Shown piece by piece: positions 44,466-53,510 of a stretch of 64,000 nucleotides of DNA. Position numbers and translations under genes: made by a program. The stretch lies in the IMG/VR virus record IMGVR_UViG_2882682849_000004, positions 5,296-69,295 of that record. The stretch is one strand, 5' to 3'. The notes below the pieces were generated by a model, which made no database searches, was not told the DNA's origin, and worked only from the letters and a program-made list of their open reading frames with translations. The DNA is from a virus. Its lineage: Duplodnaviria; Caudoviricetes. The first letter of the stretch is position 1; every line of letters begins with the position of its first letter.

Positions 44466-45515
44466 CTAATTTATTGTTACCGGAAGGACAATTGCTTTAA
44501 AATCCCTGTTTTCATCCTTCACAATCATAGGCATCTTGGGACTCTCAAAATAAATACCTACATTCTCACAGTCAAATGCTTTCATGGTTTCTAACACCAA
44601 TCGGGCATTAAATCCTATAATCAGTCCTTCCTCTATCGTTTCCTGCAAATCCAACGTTTCTTTGTAATCTGTTTTGCTATCATTTATACTCAAATTTAAA
44701 GAATTTCCATTCAATTCAAGCCGAACCGGACACTTTTCCTCCATACACATCTTCGCTCTTGATATAGCATCAAAAAGTTTCATTCTTGAGACAATAGTAT
44801 GTATAGGCAGATCTCTAAACATAGCTTGGTATTTAAAGTATTCTCCTTCTACCAGCCGGGTATAAATTTCAAAATCTTCTGTAATAAATACTGCTCCCGT
44901 TCTGCTGTGTGATATTTGCACATCGCCTGACAATCCAAGTGATTTAAGCTTTTCTATCGTATTTTTAGGTATTAACAGCTCAAACTCTCCGTCATAATTC
45001 ACTCTATCCCATGCCAGCACATGACCATCTAATCCCACAAAATTCAAATATCCTCCGGATGCCTGTAAACACATGCAAGTCATTATTGTCTTACTCCCTT
45101 GTACTGGTATCGCATAAGATACTCTCCTCATAGACTCTGTGAGTACATTAGCCTTAATTGTCAATCTATTTTCATCCTTATATACGGTCGTCTCCGGGAA
45201 TTGTAATGGCTCCATTGTTTTATACTTATTTTTGATTGTGGCTGCTTTAATGGTAATAGTATCTTTGGATGTAACAGCTATTTCCACCTCGCCATCCGGA
45301 AGGTTATTGATAAGTTCAAAAGCCCTCTCCGGAATAATAAAACTCTCCCCCTCTATACCTTCTATTTTCGCCTTAATGGTCAGTTCCAAGTTACTGGCAA
45401 TTAAATAACCGTCTTTTACCAAAATGCCCTGCAATACCTCATTTTGGGCTTTTTTGGATACCACACTCTTTATTTTATTTAATTTATTTGCAAGCTCTGT
45501 TTTTTGTATTTTCAT
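44466..45515 (-). CDS. dnaN: DNA polymerase III beta-clamp homologue
   Basis: 349 aa; LIASNLE, FELINNLPDGEV, VGLDGHVLA, TRLVEGEYFKY, IGFNARLV. Confidence 0.85.
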   Translation of the reverse strand: MKIQKTELANKLNKIKSVVSKKAQNEVLQGILVKDGYLIASNLELTIKAKIEGIEGESFIIPERAFELINNLPDGEVEIAVTSKDTITIKAATIKNKYKTMEPLQFPETTVYKDENRLTIKANVLTESMRRVSYAIPVQGSKTIMTCMCLQASGGYLNFVGLDGHVLAWDRVNYDGEFELLIPKNTIEKLKSLGLSGDVQISHSRTGAVFITEDFEIYTRLVEGEYFKYQAMFRDLPIHTIVSRMKLFDAISRAKMCMEEKCPVRLELNGNSLNLSINDSKTDYKETLDLQETIEEGLIIGFNARLVLETMKAFDCENVGIYFESPKMPMIVKDENRDFKAIVLPVTIN

Positions 45516-46035
45516 CTTTCAATTCCACTCCTTCCAAAATGAGTATAGTGCACTGCTTTTCCCGCAATCTATACGGCTCCAGCTCCTTCTCTGTCATAAA
45601 TTTATGACCAAACAGATCTTTCATTATCTTCCAAATGTCCCAGGGAACCCTGTAAAATTTTTTCAGGCCCATTGACACCATCACATAGCATTGGGCGCCA
45701 AATTTCTCATATATATCCAGGTTTTTCCATTGGGTATCTGTAACAACATTCTGATTGATTCTGTCGGAATCCGTATGCTTTGCCTCAAACATAATGCCGC
45801 TGCCATCACACAATATACCTTTATAATCCGGCTGACCTTTCTTTTCATAATATCCGCGGACAACCCCGTTTCTATCTTTACCGGTGATATGGAATGGCTC
45901 AGGAGTCTTTTCTATATGCGCCCAGCCGTTCCGCAGATAAAATTCGCAGGCGTCAGATATCCAGCGCTCAAAAGCCTCTCCGGCAACTTTGCTCCGTCTT
46001 CCAATCAGCTGACGTTTCGGATTAGGCATCTGCAT
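45484..46035 (-). CDS. recU: RecU-like Holliday junction resolvase
   Basis: GEAFE, IEKTPEP, PDYKG...FEAKHT. Confidence 0.85.
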   Translation of the reverse strand: MQMPNPKRQLIGRRSKVAGEAFERWISDACEFYLRNGWAHIEKTPEPFHITGKDRNGVVRGYYEKKGQPDYKGILCDGSGIMFEAKHTDSDRINQNVVTDTQWKNLDIYEKFGAQCYVMVSMGLKKFYRVPWDIWKIMKDLFGHKFMTEKELEPYRLREKQCTILILEGVELKDENTKNRACK

Positions 46036-46408
46036 TTCCCTCCAATCTATTATTAAGCAGTTCCCTTATCTTGTACATTGTTGCGGTTCCAATGCCTTTT
46101 ATTCGTCCGATTTCCTCAACAAAATCCTCTGCACTTAGCCGCGAAGCCTCTTTCTTTTGCTCTTTACCCTGATTCAAGCTTTCACTTCTTGCCTTTTTCA
46201 CCATTTCATCTACATAATTTACCAGCTGCCTATCTGTCATTTTCCGCATCCTTACAACCTTTTCATGGATGATACTTTCATCTGTTGTACGCCTGCAGTT
46301 TCTTTTCTTTGCCATAGCAATCTTCCTTTCATCTTTTGATACTCTCCCTATGGCTATGCCAGCAGTAGTGTCAGCATAGCCCTCTCCGTTCCTGTTCCAT
46401 TTACCCAT
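46022..46408 (-). CDS. Phage hypothetical protein
   Basis: RNGEGYADTTAG..., IKGIGTAT helix-hairpin-helix-like end. Confidence 0.65.
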   Translation of the reverse strand: MGKWNRNGEGYADTTAGIAIGRVSKDERKIAMAKKRNCRRTTDESIIHEKVVRMRKMTDRQLVNYVDEMVKKARSESLNQGKEQKKEASRLSAEDFVEEIGRIKGIGTATMYKIRELLNNRLEGNADA

Positions 46409-47447
46409 CAGCATCACCAGGACCAATCGTAATGCTCTCTGCCAGTTCCGCAAGTTCCGGTATAACCAGTCCTAAGCCTTCACAAAATTTTTTAAAGCAA
46501 TCCTTGCACATAAATCCAAATTGTTTAGGCTGTTCACCACGCCGGGATCTTGCAAGCAGAGTAATCATATCGCTCTTTTTCATCTGTATATTGCACTCTG
46601 CGCATACATCAAAAAGTTTCTTTTTCATTTTCGGGCTTATCTCAGGGTGTTGGAGCTGAGCAGGGAATTCCCTTCGCATATTATTTGTACCAATAATGGA
46701 AGTCAGGCTATCCTTCATAAATACCGGAATTCCTGCCTCATCACACCACTGCACTATATCTTCAATCCATTCCCGAGGAGGAATTATCTTTCCTTTCCGA
46801 CGTCCGGTTTCTGCACCAATGATTATCCATTCCGGGGAAAATTTATCCCTCTCCCAAATCTGAAACGGTGCATGAATTGGTTCTATGCTCCAGAATGTAT
46901 GATGTGAATTGGATATAAAGCATTTATTCTCTGGTCTGGTAAGTGTTGAGCCATACCAAAAATTATTACCTGTGGGCAAAGCTCCGGCAGCATCAATGCA
47001 TTCGTATCGCTCCGGATTCTTTGTAAGGAACAAATAATTATGTATGGGATATTCCTGGCAGACACTTAAAATTTCTTTAATCCATTCATCCCTTACCCAC
47101 TTACCAAATATGTCTGACATTGCACCAACAAAAATATTATTTCCCATCTTTAGCTTTTCTGGCATGTTTAATCTGTACCTGTGAAATGTTGGCTCGAACC
47201 CAAAGGGATATACTGATATTGTTCCTGTTTCATTCATCATGGGCTTATCCAATACATATATATTTCCGCTACCGTCCGCTGCTTTTTCAATCCTATAATC
47301 CGTCTTCGCCATCATATTAAGCCTTATATCTCCTGCAAATCTTGTAGCCATTCTTTTGGCATAGCAATATTTACAATTATGCCAGCAACCTGTAATCGGA
47401 TTCCATGTATGATCACACCATTCGATTTTGGAACGATTCATAAGCAT
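46401..47447 (-). CDS. DUF5131 / Gp37Gp68-family radical-SAM-like protein
   Basis: IEWCDHTWNPITGCWHNCKYCYA, FVGAMSDIF, FLTKNPER, WIIIGAETG. Confidence 0.85.
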   Translation of the reverse strand: MLMNRSKIEWCDHTWNPITGCWHNCKYCYAKRMATRFAGDIRLNMMAKTDYRIEKAADGSGNIYVLDKPMMNETGTISVYPFGFEPTFHRYRLNMPEKLKMGNNIFVGAMSDIFGKWVRDEWIKEILSVCQEYPIHNYLFLTKNPERYECIDAAGALPTGNNFWYGSTLTRPENKCFISNSHHTFWSIEPIHAPFQIWERDKFSPEWIIIGAETGRRKGKIIPPREWIEDIVQWCDEAGIPVFMKDSLTSIIGTNNMRREFPAQLQHPEISPKMKKKLFDVCAECNIQMKKSDMITLLARSRRGEQPKQFGFMCKDCFKKFCEGLGLVIPELAELAESITIGPGDADG

Positions 47448-47459
47448 CTCTCCTTTTCT

Positions 47460-47642
47460 TTATATTTCAGTTTCGTTTTTTTCTTCCCAAAATTCTACAA
47501 AATACATTGTCTGCCCCTTACCTCCAGGCCGCTCCTTTCCGATCCTAGCCGCATACCCAGCTTTAATCAGCAAGCAGCAGAGGGTATTTCTGTCTTCATC
47601 ATTAAGTTTCTGGAGTAAATTCTTGATTTTATGTTTTCCCAT
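47460..47642 (-). CDS. Small hypothetical protein
   Basis: LNDEDRNTLCCLLIKAGYAARIG. Confidence 0.65.
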   Translation of the reverse strand: MGKHKIKNLLQKLNDEDRNTLCCLLIKAGYAARIGKERPGGKGQTMYFVEFWEEKNETEI

Positions 47643-47650
47643 AAGCTCTC

Positions 47651-49798
47651 CTATCCGTTTGCTACCATCAAATCCGCCTCAAGAACATCAACAAGTAATT
47701 TCCCAGCCAACGCTCCATGCCACACCTTTGTCTGGTTATTTCGGAGCTCCCGGAACTCTTTTTCTCTTAACTCTGCAGACTGTATTGCAAGCTCTTTATC
47801 TACCCTATTAAGACGCTTTTTAACCTCTCTCTGCCACTTTCGGATAAATGAAACCGCCTCCTGGAAATCTTTGTCCTGCCGATCTCCCGTGGTCCGCTTC
47901 TGCCTTGTTGTTCCATCAGGCTCAATTTCCAGCGTATAATATGGTTTTTCGATATCTTCCACTTTACGAAGAAAAACAATAAAGGATTCTCTCCGCTGGA
48001 TCCGGTCGAAATAAATATCGCTTTTGTCAAGACAATGACCAAGTTTCCTTCCTTCGTATATAATTCCTTCAATTTTTTCCGGTACAACCACAGCATATTG
48101 TTCATCCATATATTCATATTTATCTTTAATGGATTGGAGGATTTCGTCCACATCTGGATACTTCTGAATAATCTCACCGGCACGCTTTGCTACATCGGTG
48201 CCTCCACATAGCCTTACTAAGTCATCGTGAGCCCGCTTCACATCCTTTGGCTTAAATATAAGTTCCTGCTTAACATCCATTTTCATCCGTATTGCCATTG
48301 ACAGATAATCTCTCCAAAGGATCAGCACTTCTTCGATTTTTGATTTCCGCTGTTTGCGTTGTCGGATGATGTAATTCATTATTTTCCGCTCTGACATCCT
48401 GTTTGAAATAAAAGCGATATCGTCAGGATCAATTTTTTCTCTCTCAAAATATCTTATAGTTTCATCATCCACAGCTTTTCCAGTGCTTTCTTCATAACGC
48501 ATCCAGAGTAAAGCTCTGCGTCCGCCATTGATATCCCTAAGCCGGTTCATCTGTTTCTTTGTTATCCCTAGCTGCTCCCAAGCTTTTCCGGATCCTTTGA
48601 ATTCATATTTGGTAATTTCGAGTGCCATTCGCAGCAACCCAGCCTTGACCATCATTTCCATTTTCTGTGGCATTTGATCAAATTTTTCCAAATAGCCTAT
48701 TGGTGTAAAACTTTTTTCGTTTCTAATCAGTTCCATTGCACAATACTGATATCTTGTACCCTCAAACATTTTCTTGTTTATTGTCCTTGGATATACTGGG
48801 CCAGGACAAAGGATTATGTTTGACATTCCATAAAGGTTCTTATCATCCCAAAATTCCATGCCATTCCATGGATTGTATTTGTTAAAGTATGTACGCCCTT
48901 TTCCCTTTAATCCATGTGTCAGATCCCCATTCCAATTTGGGTTGTACTTCCCAATCGGATAGAATATACGCCCTATTTCTGTCAGTCTGGTTTCCTCTCC
49001 GGAAAAGTCCACCCACCGTATTGCATAGAAATGCCTTTCGCAGAATTCCTCACCAATCTTTTGAAACAACAAGACTTCTTTCCTGAATTTATAACCAGGG
49101 ATAGGATTGCAATTTTTATAATCCACGCGCTTAACTGTGCATTCTGCCCCGCAGGACGGGCAGGTTATTATTTGTCTGGGCTGTATTTTACCTTTATCAT
49201 ATTCATACTCATTCTGGCAGGCAGAGCAGGTTGCCTTTGTGGTTTTCTTTTTTTTGAATGGCAGCATATACATTACATGTTCTTCTACAAACGCCATCGC
49301 CCAGTTTTTAAATCCTTTTGTCGTTTCTGGTACCATAGCCATTTTTTTTTCAATTTGATCACGCCTGCGAATTTCTGCCTGCTCTTGTTTGTCAAAATAA
49401 ATTTTACGTTGCAGATGATCGATATCACAATTCCAATCCGTATGAAACTTATCATCCTCGCCGTACACAAACTGATGAATGGTATCGCCCGTTTCCCTGT
49501 CCGCCAGCATCTTCCAGTTGTGATACATATTGTAAGGAAGATAGAATCTGTTGCCATGCCGGAAGTCATCATATTTTCTCCTTCCCCATCGTGGAACATT
49601 TATGCATGGACTTTCTTCTGGTACATAGTTTTCAAAGTCATTGTGCGATAGTGCAATCCGGACTACCGGTTTATCCAGAGCAAAATCAATAATGAGTATA
49701 TCTTCACCACCAATGCTATGTACTTTAGCAACAACAAACATCTTTTCTTTTTCTCCTATGGATTGCCATGGTATCTTCTCAATCAGTTTCCTTTTCAA
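47651..49798 (-). CDS. PcfJ-domain protein
   Basis: C-terminal LWRDYLSMA...PKDVKRAHD...EGRKLGHC...KPYYTLEI. Confidence 0.85.
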   Translation of the reverse strand: MKRKLIEKIPWQSIGEKEKMFVVAKVHSIGGEDILIIDFALDKPVVRIALSHNDFENYVPEESPCINVPRWGRRKYDDFRHGNRFYLPYNMYHNWKMLADRETGDTIHQFVYGEDDKFHTDWNCDIDHLQRKIYFDKQEQAEIRRRDQIEKKMAMVPETTKGFKNWAMAFVEEHVMYMLPFKKKKTTKATCSACQNEYEYDKGKIQPRQIITCPSCGAECTVKRVDYKNCNPIPGYKFRKEVLLFQKIGEEFCERHFYAIRWVDFSGEETRLTEIGRIFYPIGKYNPNWNGDLTHGLKGKGRTYFNKYNPWNGMEFWDDKNLYGMSNIILCPGPVYPRTINKKMFEGTRYQYCAMELIRNEKSFTPIGYLEKFDQMPQKMEMMVKAGLLRMALEITKYEFKGSGKAWEQLGITKKQMNRLRDINGGRRALLWMRYEESTGKAVDDETIRYFEREKIDPDDIAFISNRMSERKIMNYIIRQRKQRKSKIEEVLILWRDYLSMAIRMKMDVKQELIFKPKDVKRAHDDLVRLCGGTDVAKRAGEIIQKYPDVDEILQSIKDKYEYMDEQYAVVVPEKIEGIIYEGRKLGHCLDKSDIYFDRIQRRESFIVFLRKVEDIEKPYYTLEIEPDGTTRQKRTTGDRQDKDFQEAVSFIRKWQREVKKRLNRVDKELAIQSAELREKEFRELRNNQTKVWHGALAGKLLVDVLEADLMVANG

Positions 49799-50358
49799 GA
49801 TACCGCCTCCTCTCCATTTACCAGATAAGCAACATCATGCAGATATCTTTCTCCGTCCACCTTATAAACTGTCATTGCTACAATTTCCTTACTGTCTATC
49901 GCCTCCTGTGCCATACCAACAATGGTGCCAATTGGTGCCATACATCTAGGGTTCTTTCCCCTTACTATCCAAAAGCCATCCCTCACTTCACCATAGGCGT
50001 TTTCACTTTTCACTATGCTATTTGTTTCCAGGTATGGATGATCCGACATATAAATCAGAGCATGTGCAACAAATTCCTCCATTGTCAGCTTTTTTACTAA
50101 TTTAATTCTTGTGCATGCGATTTTTGTATCGCTTCCATCCTCATGTATATCCCCATCAGCATTGACAACATAATATGCAGATTTGCTGAAATCCCGATAA
50201 TATGACAGACAATCCAGCGGATTGTAACAACAGTGGAAACCATTCATCGCACAGTTCGCTTTTGGCTCCTCCATCCATTCGTTTTCTTTGTACTGGAACC
50301 TTCCATGCCCCATTGTGCAGGTCAGATCTTTATTAAATCCCTTGTATGCCTTAATCAT
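49795..50358 (-). CDS. Conserved phage protein (AYKGFNKDLTC family)
   Basis: MIKAYKGFNKDLTC...CAMNGFHCCYNPLDCLSYY. Confidence 0.78.
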   Translation of the reverse strand: MIKAYKGFNKDLTCTMGHGRFQYKENEWMEEPKANCAMNGFHCCYNPLDCLSYYRDFSKSAYYVVNADGDIHEDGSDTKIACTRIKLVKKLTMEEFVAHALIYMSDHPYLETNSIVKSENAYGEVRDGFWIVRGKNPRCMAPIGTIVGMAQEAIDSKEIVAMTVYKVDGERYLHDVAYLVNGEEAVS

Positions 50359-50995
50359 GTTGCCCTCCTTTTACACCAAGCAAATCATCAAACAAATCGA
50401 ACATAGAAATTTGTTTATTTACAAATTTGTCTTGATTTTTTGGAGTTCTTGCCGCCTTCGTACCCTCTTTATTTTCCACAGGTTTTTTCTCCTGCTTTTT
50501 TGAAACAGTTTCTTTCGGTTCCGACTTTTTCTTTCCAACAGTTTTCTTTTGGGCTGCAGCAACCTTTTTCTCTTTTTCGACCTCTGCCTTATCATCCTTG
50601 TCATAATATTCCTTAATCCATTCAAAAAGCATGTCGCTCCCCACTGGTGTCATGATTGGAATATTATTGTTTCTAGCGGCAGCTTTCTCCTGAGCTGGTG
50701 GTTCTCTAAGCCCCATAGCCTTATCAGCACAAAATTTCATACAGCGTTTCATGCTCTTATAATTGAGCAAAACTCTTTTCTCGAACTCCGGATCCTGCTT
50801 AGTCCAGCTGATCAGCTCCTTAAATATCAAGTCCATCTGTGCCTGCATTATCTTTTTGAATTCTGGTTTTACAGAAGCAATCATTTCATCTTCTTCTGCA
50901 ATGAGTTTTTCTTCGCCGCTACTGTAGGGCTTCACGGTTTCTGTCTTATTTGCCGATAGGCATAAATTTCCGTTTTTAATCTCTTTACTTTCCAT
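50351..50995 (-). CDS. PcfK-like protein, in frame with and fused to the upstream methylase ORF
   Basis: Own RBS AAGGAGG 5 nt before ATG 50995; KSMKRCMKFC..., DMLFEWIKEYY; lies before PcfJ. Confidence 0.6.
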   Translation of the reverse strand: MESKEIKNGNLCLSANKTETVKPYSSGEEKLIAEEDEMIASVKPEFKKIMQAQMDLIFKELISWTKQDPEFEKRVLLNYKSMKRCMKFCADKAMGLREPPAQEKAAARNNNIPIMTPVGSDMLFEWIKEYYDKDDKAEVEKEKKVAAAQKKTVGKKKSEPKETVSKKQEKKPVENKEGTKAARTPKNQDKFVNKQISMFDLFDDLLGVKGGQHD

Positions 50996-51823
50996 ACTGG
51001 CCTCCTTTTTGTCAAAATTGAAAAACATATAAAAGTGCTCTTTTTCCACTGTTTTTTCGGTGGTTACGGTTCCACCCATACTTCCCAGCGAATGAAATAT
51101 TTTTCGCATCTGCCATACATCCGACTGGAACATTGGCATATACCACATTTCCTGCCCCTCGTTTTCCCTGGGGAATAACACCGGTCCTGTCAGCGGATTG
51201 GTAAGTGTATTGCCTACGCAGATATAACCGGCACATCCAAGGAGAGAAAGCTGGATATAGCACATCTGGGCTACCACCCTGTCTACGTCCTGGCCCACAA
51301 AGAGCACATGATTCTGAAAATTGTATTTAGAGCTTTTCATTGTGTTCGCCGTTGCTATCAGGTTTGCCCCGGCACCACAGGCCGGATCGCAAATGGATAT
51401 GTAGCCTTGTTCCTCTATCTGTCTGTCAGCATTCCCCAAAGTCATCTGCGACATCATCTTGCATACAGTGTATGGAGTAAAAAACTGGCCTTTCCAATGA
51501 TTTCCCAGATTTAGGTTCATATACATTTTCCCGAGGAAATCCTGCTCCGGCTCATTTTCCAAAGCCATAACAATAATCCCAAGTATTTCAGCTGGCGCCT
51601 CTACCGTTCCGAGCCTTTTTATGCATCAGACATACTCTTTTTCCCTTGTCTCAAAATGTTCAGGTGTCCGGTCAGTCACATTGCTTAGGGAGCACGCTAT
51701 CGCGCTTATCAAGTCAGCCCAGACCTGCCAAGAGCTTCTGGAATAACAGAGCCGCCTAAAAATATCCAAGAATTCCTTTTCGGTGCCAGTAATTACGGAC
51801 GAATGCTTTTTCTTCATTGCCAC
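50351..51823 (-). pseudogene. N-6 DNA methylase-like gene interrupted by an in-frame TGA and lacking its own stop
   Basis: GQFFTP, ICDPACGAG, VGQDVD, GNTLTNP; TGA at 51626-51628 with reading frame continuing CIKRLG... Confidence 0.7.
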
Positions 51824-51826
51824 CTC

Positions 51827-52591
51827 CTATAATTTCATCCGGTAATTTAATTCCAAGCCATTCAGGATAACAATATTCCCCCGGCACATCTCAAGTATGC
51901 GGCTACCTACAGCTTCGTCAAATTCTATCAGGGATTCCGGCAGTTTTTCAGTCGAAATAACCATAGGTTTGTTATGCATGTACCGGTAATTTATAATCTC
52001 GTAAAGAATATTCAGATCCGCCTCTGTAGAGCGACCTTTAAGCAGATCATCTATGTATAGCAGCCGGGCATTACAATACCTGTTTATGATTGCGTAATAG
52101 TTTTCTTTGTCCATGACCGTCTGCTTGATTTCCATGACTGCATTCCGGTATGACATATAAACTACCCCAACGTTGCACAAATTCAGTAGTGTATTACAAA
52201 TGGCCATCCCAAGGTGAGTCTTACCGGCACCTACCTGTCCGGAAAGCAAAATGGAATTATGTCTCCCCTGTTCAAAATTTATGAAATCCCTGGCATATCC
52301 TTCCGCCTTTGCTTTGGCTTTTTCTAACTGTGCAGATCTTCCAGGATTATAATTTTCAAAAGTTTTTCTGCATAGTTCCTCCGATATTCCGCTTTGTTCC
52401 ATAAGTTCCTTTGCCCGTGTAACAGCATAGCACCTGCACTTTTTTGCCACGTCATGGCCTTTCCCATCATCCTGTACGATAAATCCCCTGTCCTCACATA
52501 GGGGGCATTTATACTGTCTGTAGCGGCCCATCCCTGAATGTTTTGCACGTATCTTCTCCATCCTCTGTAAAAATTCATTGGTTTCTTCCAT
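51827..52591 (-). CDS. DnaC/IstB-like helicase loader ATPase
   Basis: CPLCEDRG zinc motif, GQVGAGKT, LYIDDL, VISTE. Confidence 0.9.
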   Translation of the reverse strand: MEETNEFLQRMEKIRAKHSGMGRYRQYKCPLCEDRGFIVQDDGKGHDVAKKCRCYAVTRAKELMEQSGISEELCRKTFENYNPGRSAQLEKAKAKAEGYARDFINFEQGRHNSILLSGQVGAGKTHLGMAICNTLLNLCNVGVVYMSYRNAVMEIKQTVMDKENYYAIINRYCNARLLYIDDLLKGRSTEADLNILYEIINYRYMHNKPMVISTEKLPESLIEFDEAVGSRILEMCRGNIVILNGLELNYRMKL

Positions 52592-53456
52592 CCGGTTCCT
52601 CCTTCCGGCTGTTAATATCTTCCCTGCTTTCATCAGCCATGCGCCTGAAGATATCTGGGTCATATTCATCTTTCTGCATATTTGCGAAATTTCCCTGATT
52701 CTGCTGATAACTGCTGCCCTCCGTAGGCCTCCGGTAACCCCTGTCCTGCTCTCGCGCGATCCAAGAGTTTATGAACCTTCGGATCCCCCGTTTTGTCTTA
52801 CGCCGGGCCGGATTCGTATTCAGCCATCCTCTCATACCCCTCATTGCTTGCAGTACATCAACTGCTGGATACAGTTCCGCGAATTCGTCTATGTCGCATT
52901 GGAATACCGGGTATTCCTCCCCTGTATTCAGAGGGAGCGTTATGATTGGCTCTGGCTCCGGCTCCGAGCGTTCAGGCTCGGTGCATATATTTTTTTTATC
53001 TTTCTCTATATCTTTCTCTATCTCTATATCTGTGTCACTCTTTGTAACATCCCCGTCACAATGTGACGTTTTATCTTCCAATAGCTTCTTATTTTTACTA
53101 TCTCTGCATTTGCGCATCCTCTGGGCCGATTCCGTTTCGCTCCCTATGGCCGTTGGAACTTCTGTAAGCATATATTCATCAGAATCAACAATTTCAATCA
53201 GGCCGCAATTTTCTAAAAATGAAATTGTAACCTTAACATTATCGGGATCTTCGTTCAGCTCTAGTGCAAGCTCGTCTGCAAATGATTCCTCCAAGCCTTC
53301 GTAATATAGTTTGCCTTCGTTTTTTAGGGAAAGAAGCAACATCTTAAGATAAATAATGGTATATGTATCACCTCCTGCAATTTTCCGTAATTTTTTTATA
53401 ACTTTTGAGTCAAACCAGCCGTCTTTTAGCTTTAGCCAATAATATTTCTTGGCCAA
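52575..53456 (-). CDS. Phage replisome organiser (replication initiator)
   Basis: KYYWLKLKDGWFDSKVIKKLRKIAGGDTYTIIYLKMLL N-terminal domain; TTG start. Confidence 0.9.
   Translation of the reverse strand: MAKKYYWLKLKDGWFDSKVIKKLRKIAGGDTYTIIYLKMLLLSLKNEGKLYYEGLEESFADELALELNEDPDNVKVTISFLENCGLIEIVDSDEYMLTEVPTAIGSETESAQRMRKCRDSKNKKLLEDKTSHCDGDVTKSDTDIEIEKDIEKDKKNICTEPERSEPEPEPIITLPLNTGEEYPVFQCDIDEFAELYPAVDVLQAMRGMRGWLNTNPARRKTKRGIRRFINSWIAREQDRGYRRPTEGSSYQQNQGNFANMQKDEYDPDIFRRMADESREDINSRKEEPDGRNQ
53033..53068. repeat. Candidate origin iterons inside initiator gene
   Basis: TGTCAC, TGTAAC, CGTCAC at 10-11 bp spacing and palindrome CGTCAC-AAT-GTGACG. Confidence 0.45.
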
Positions 53457-53510
53457 AATATCACCTCCTCCTATCAAAGCCAGCCCTGCGTGGATATATT
53501 TGTATAGCTG

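Noticed and set aside
50351-50995. Calling the PcfK-like ORF an AcrIIA9 anti-CRISPR
   Set aside because: PcfK/PcfJ pairs are routine in Clostridial phage replication modules; family resemblance alone does not support Acr activity
51626-51628. Selenocysteine or genome-wide TGA recoding
   Set aside because: TGA and TAG are used as true stops in many other genes here (e.g. 3805, 5430), no SECIS-like hairpin was evident, and the position is not a catalytic Cys site
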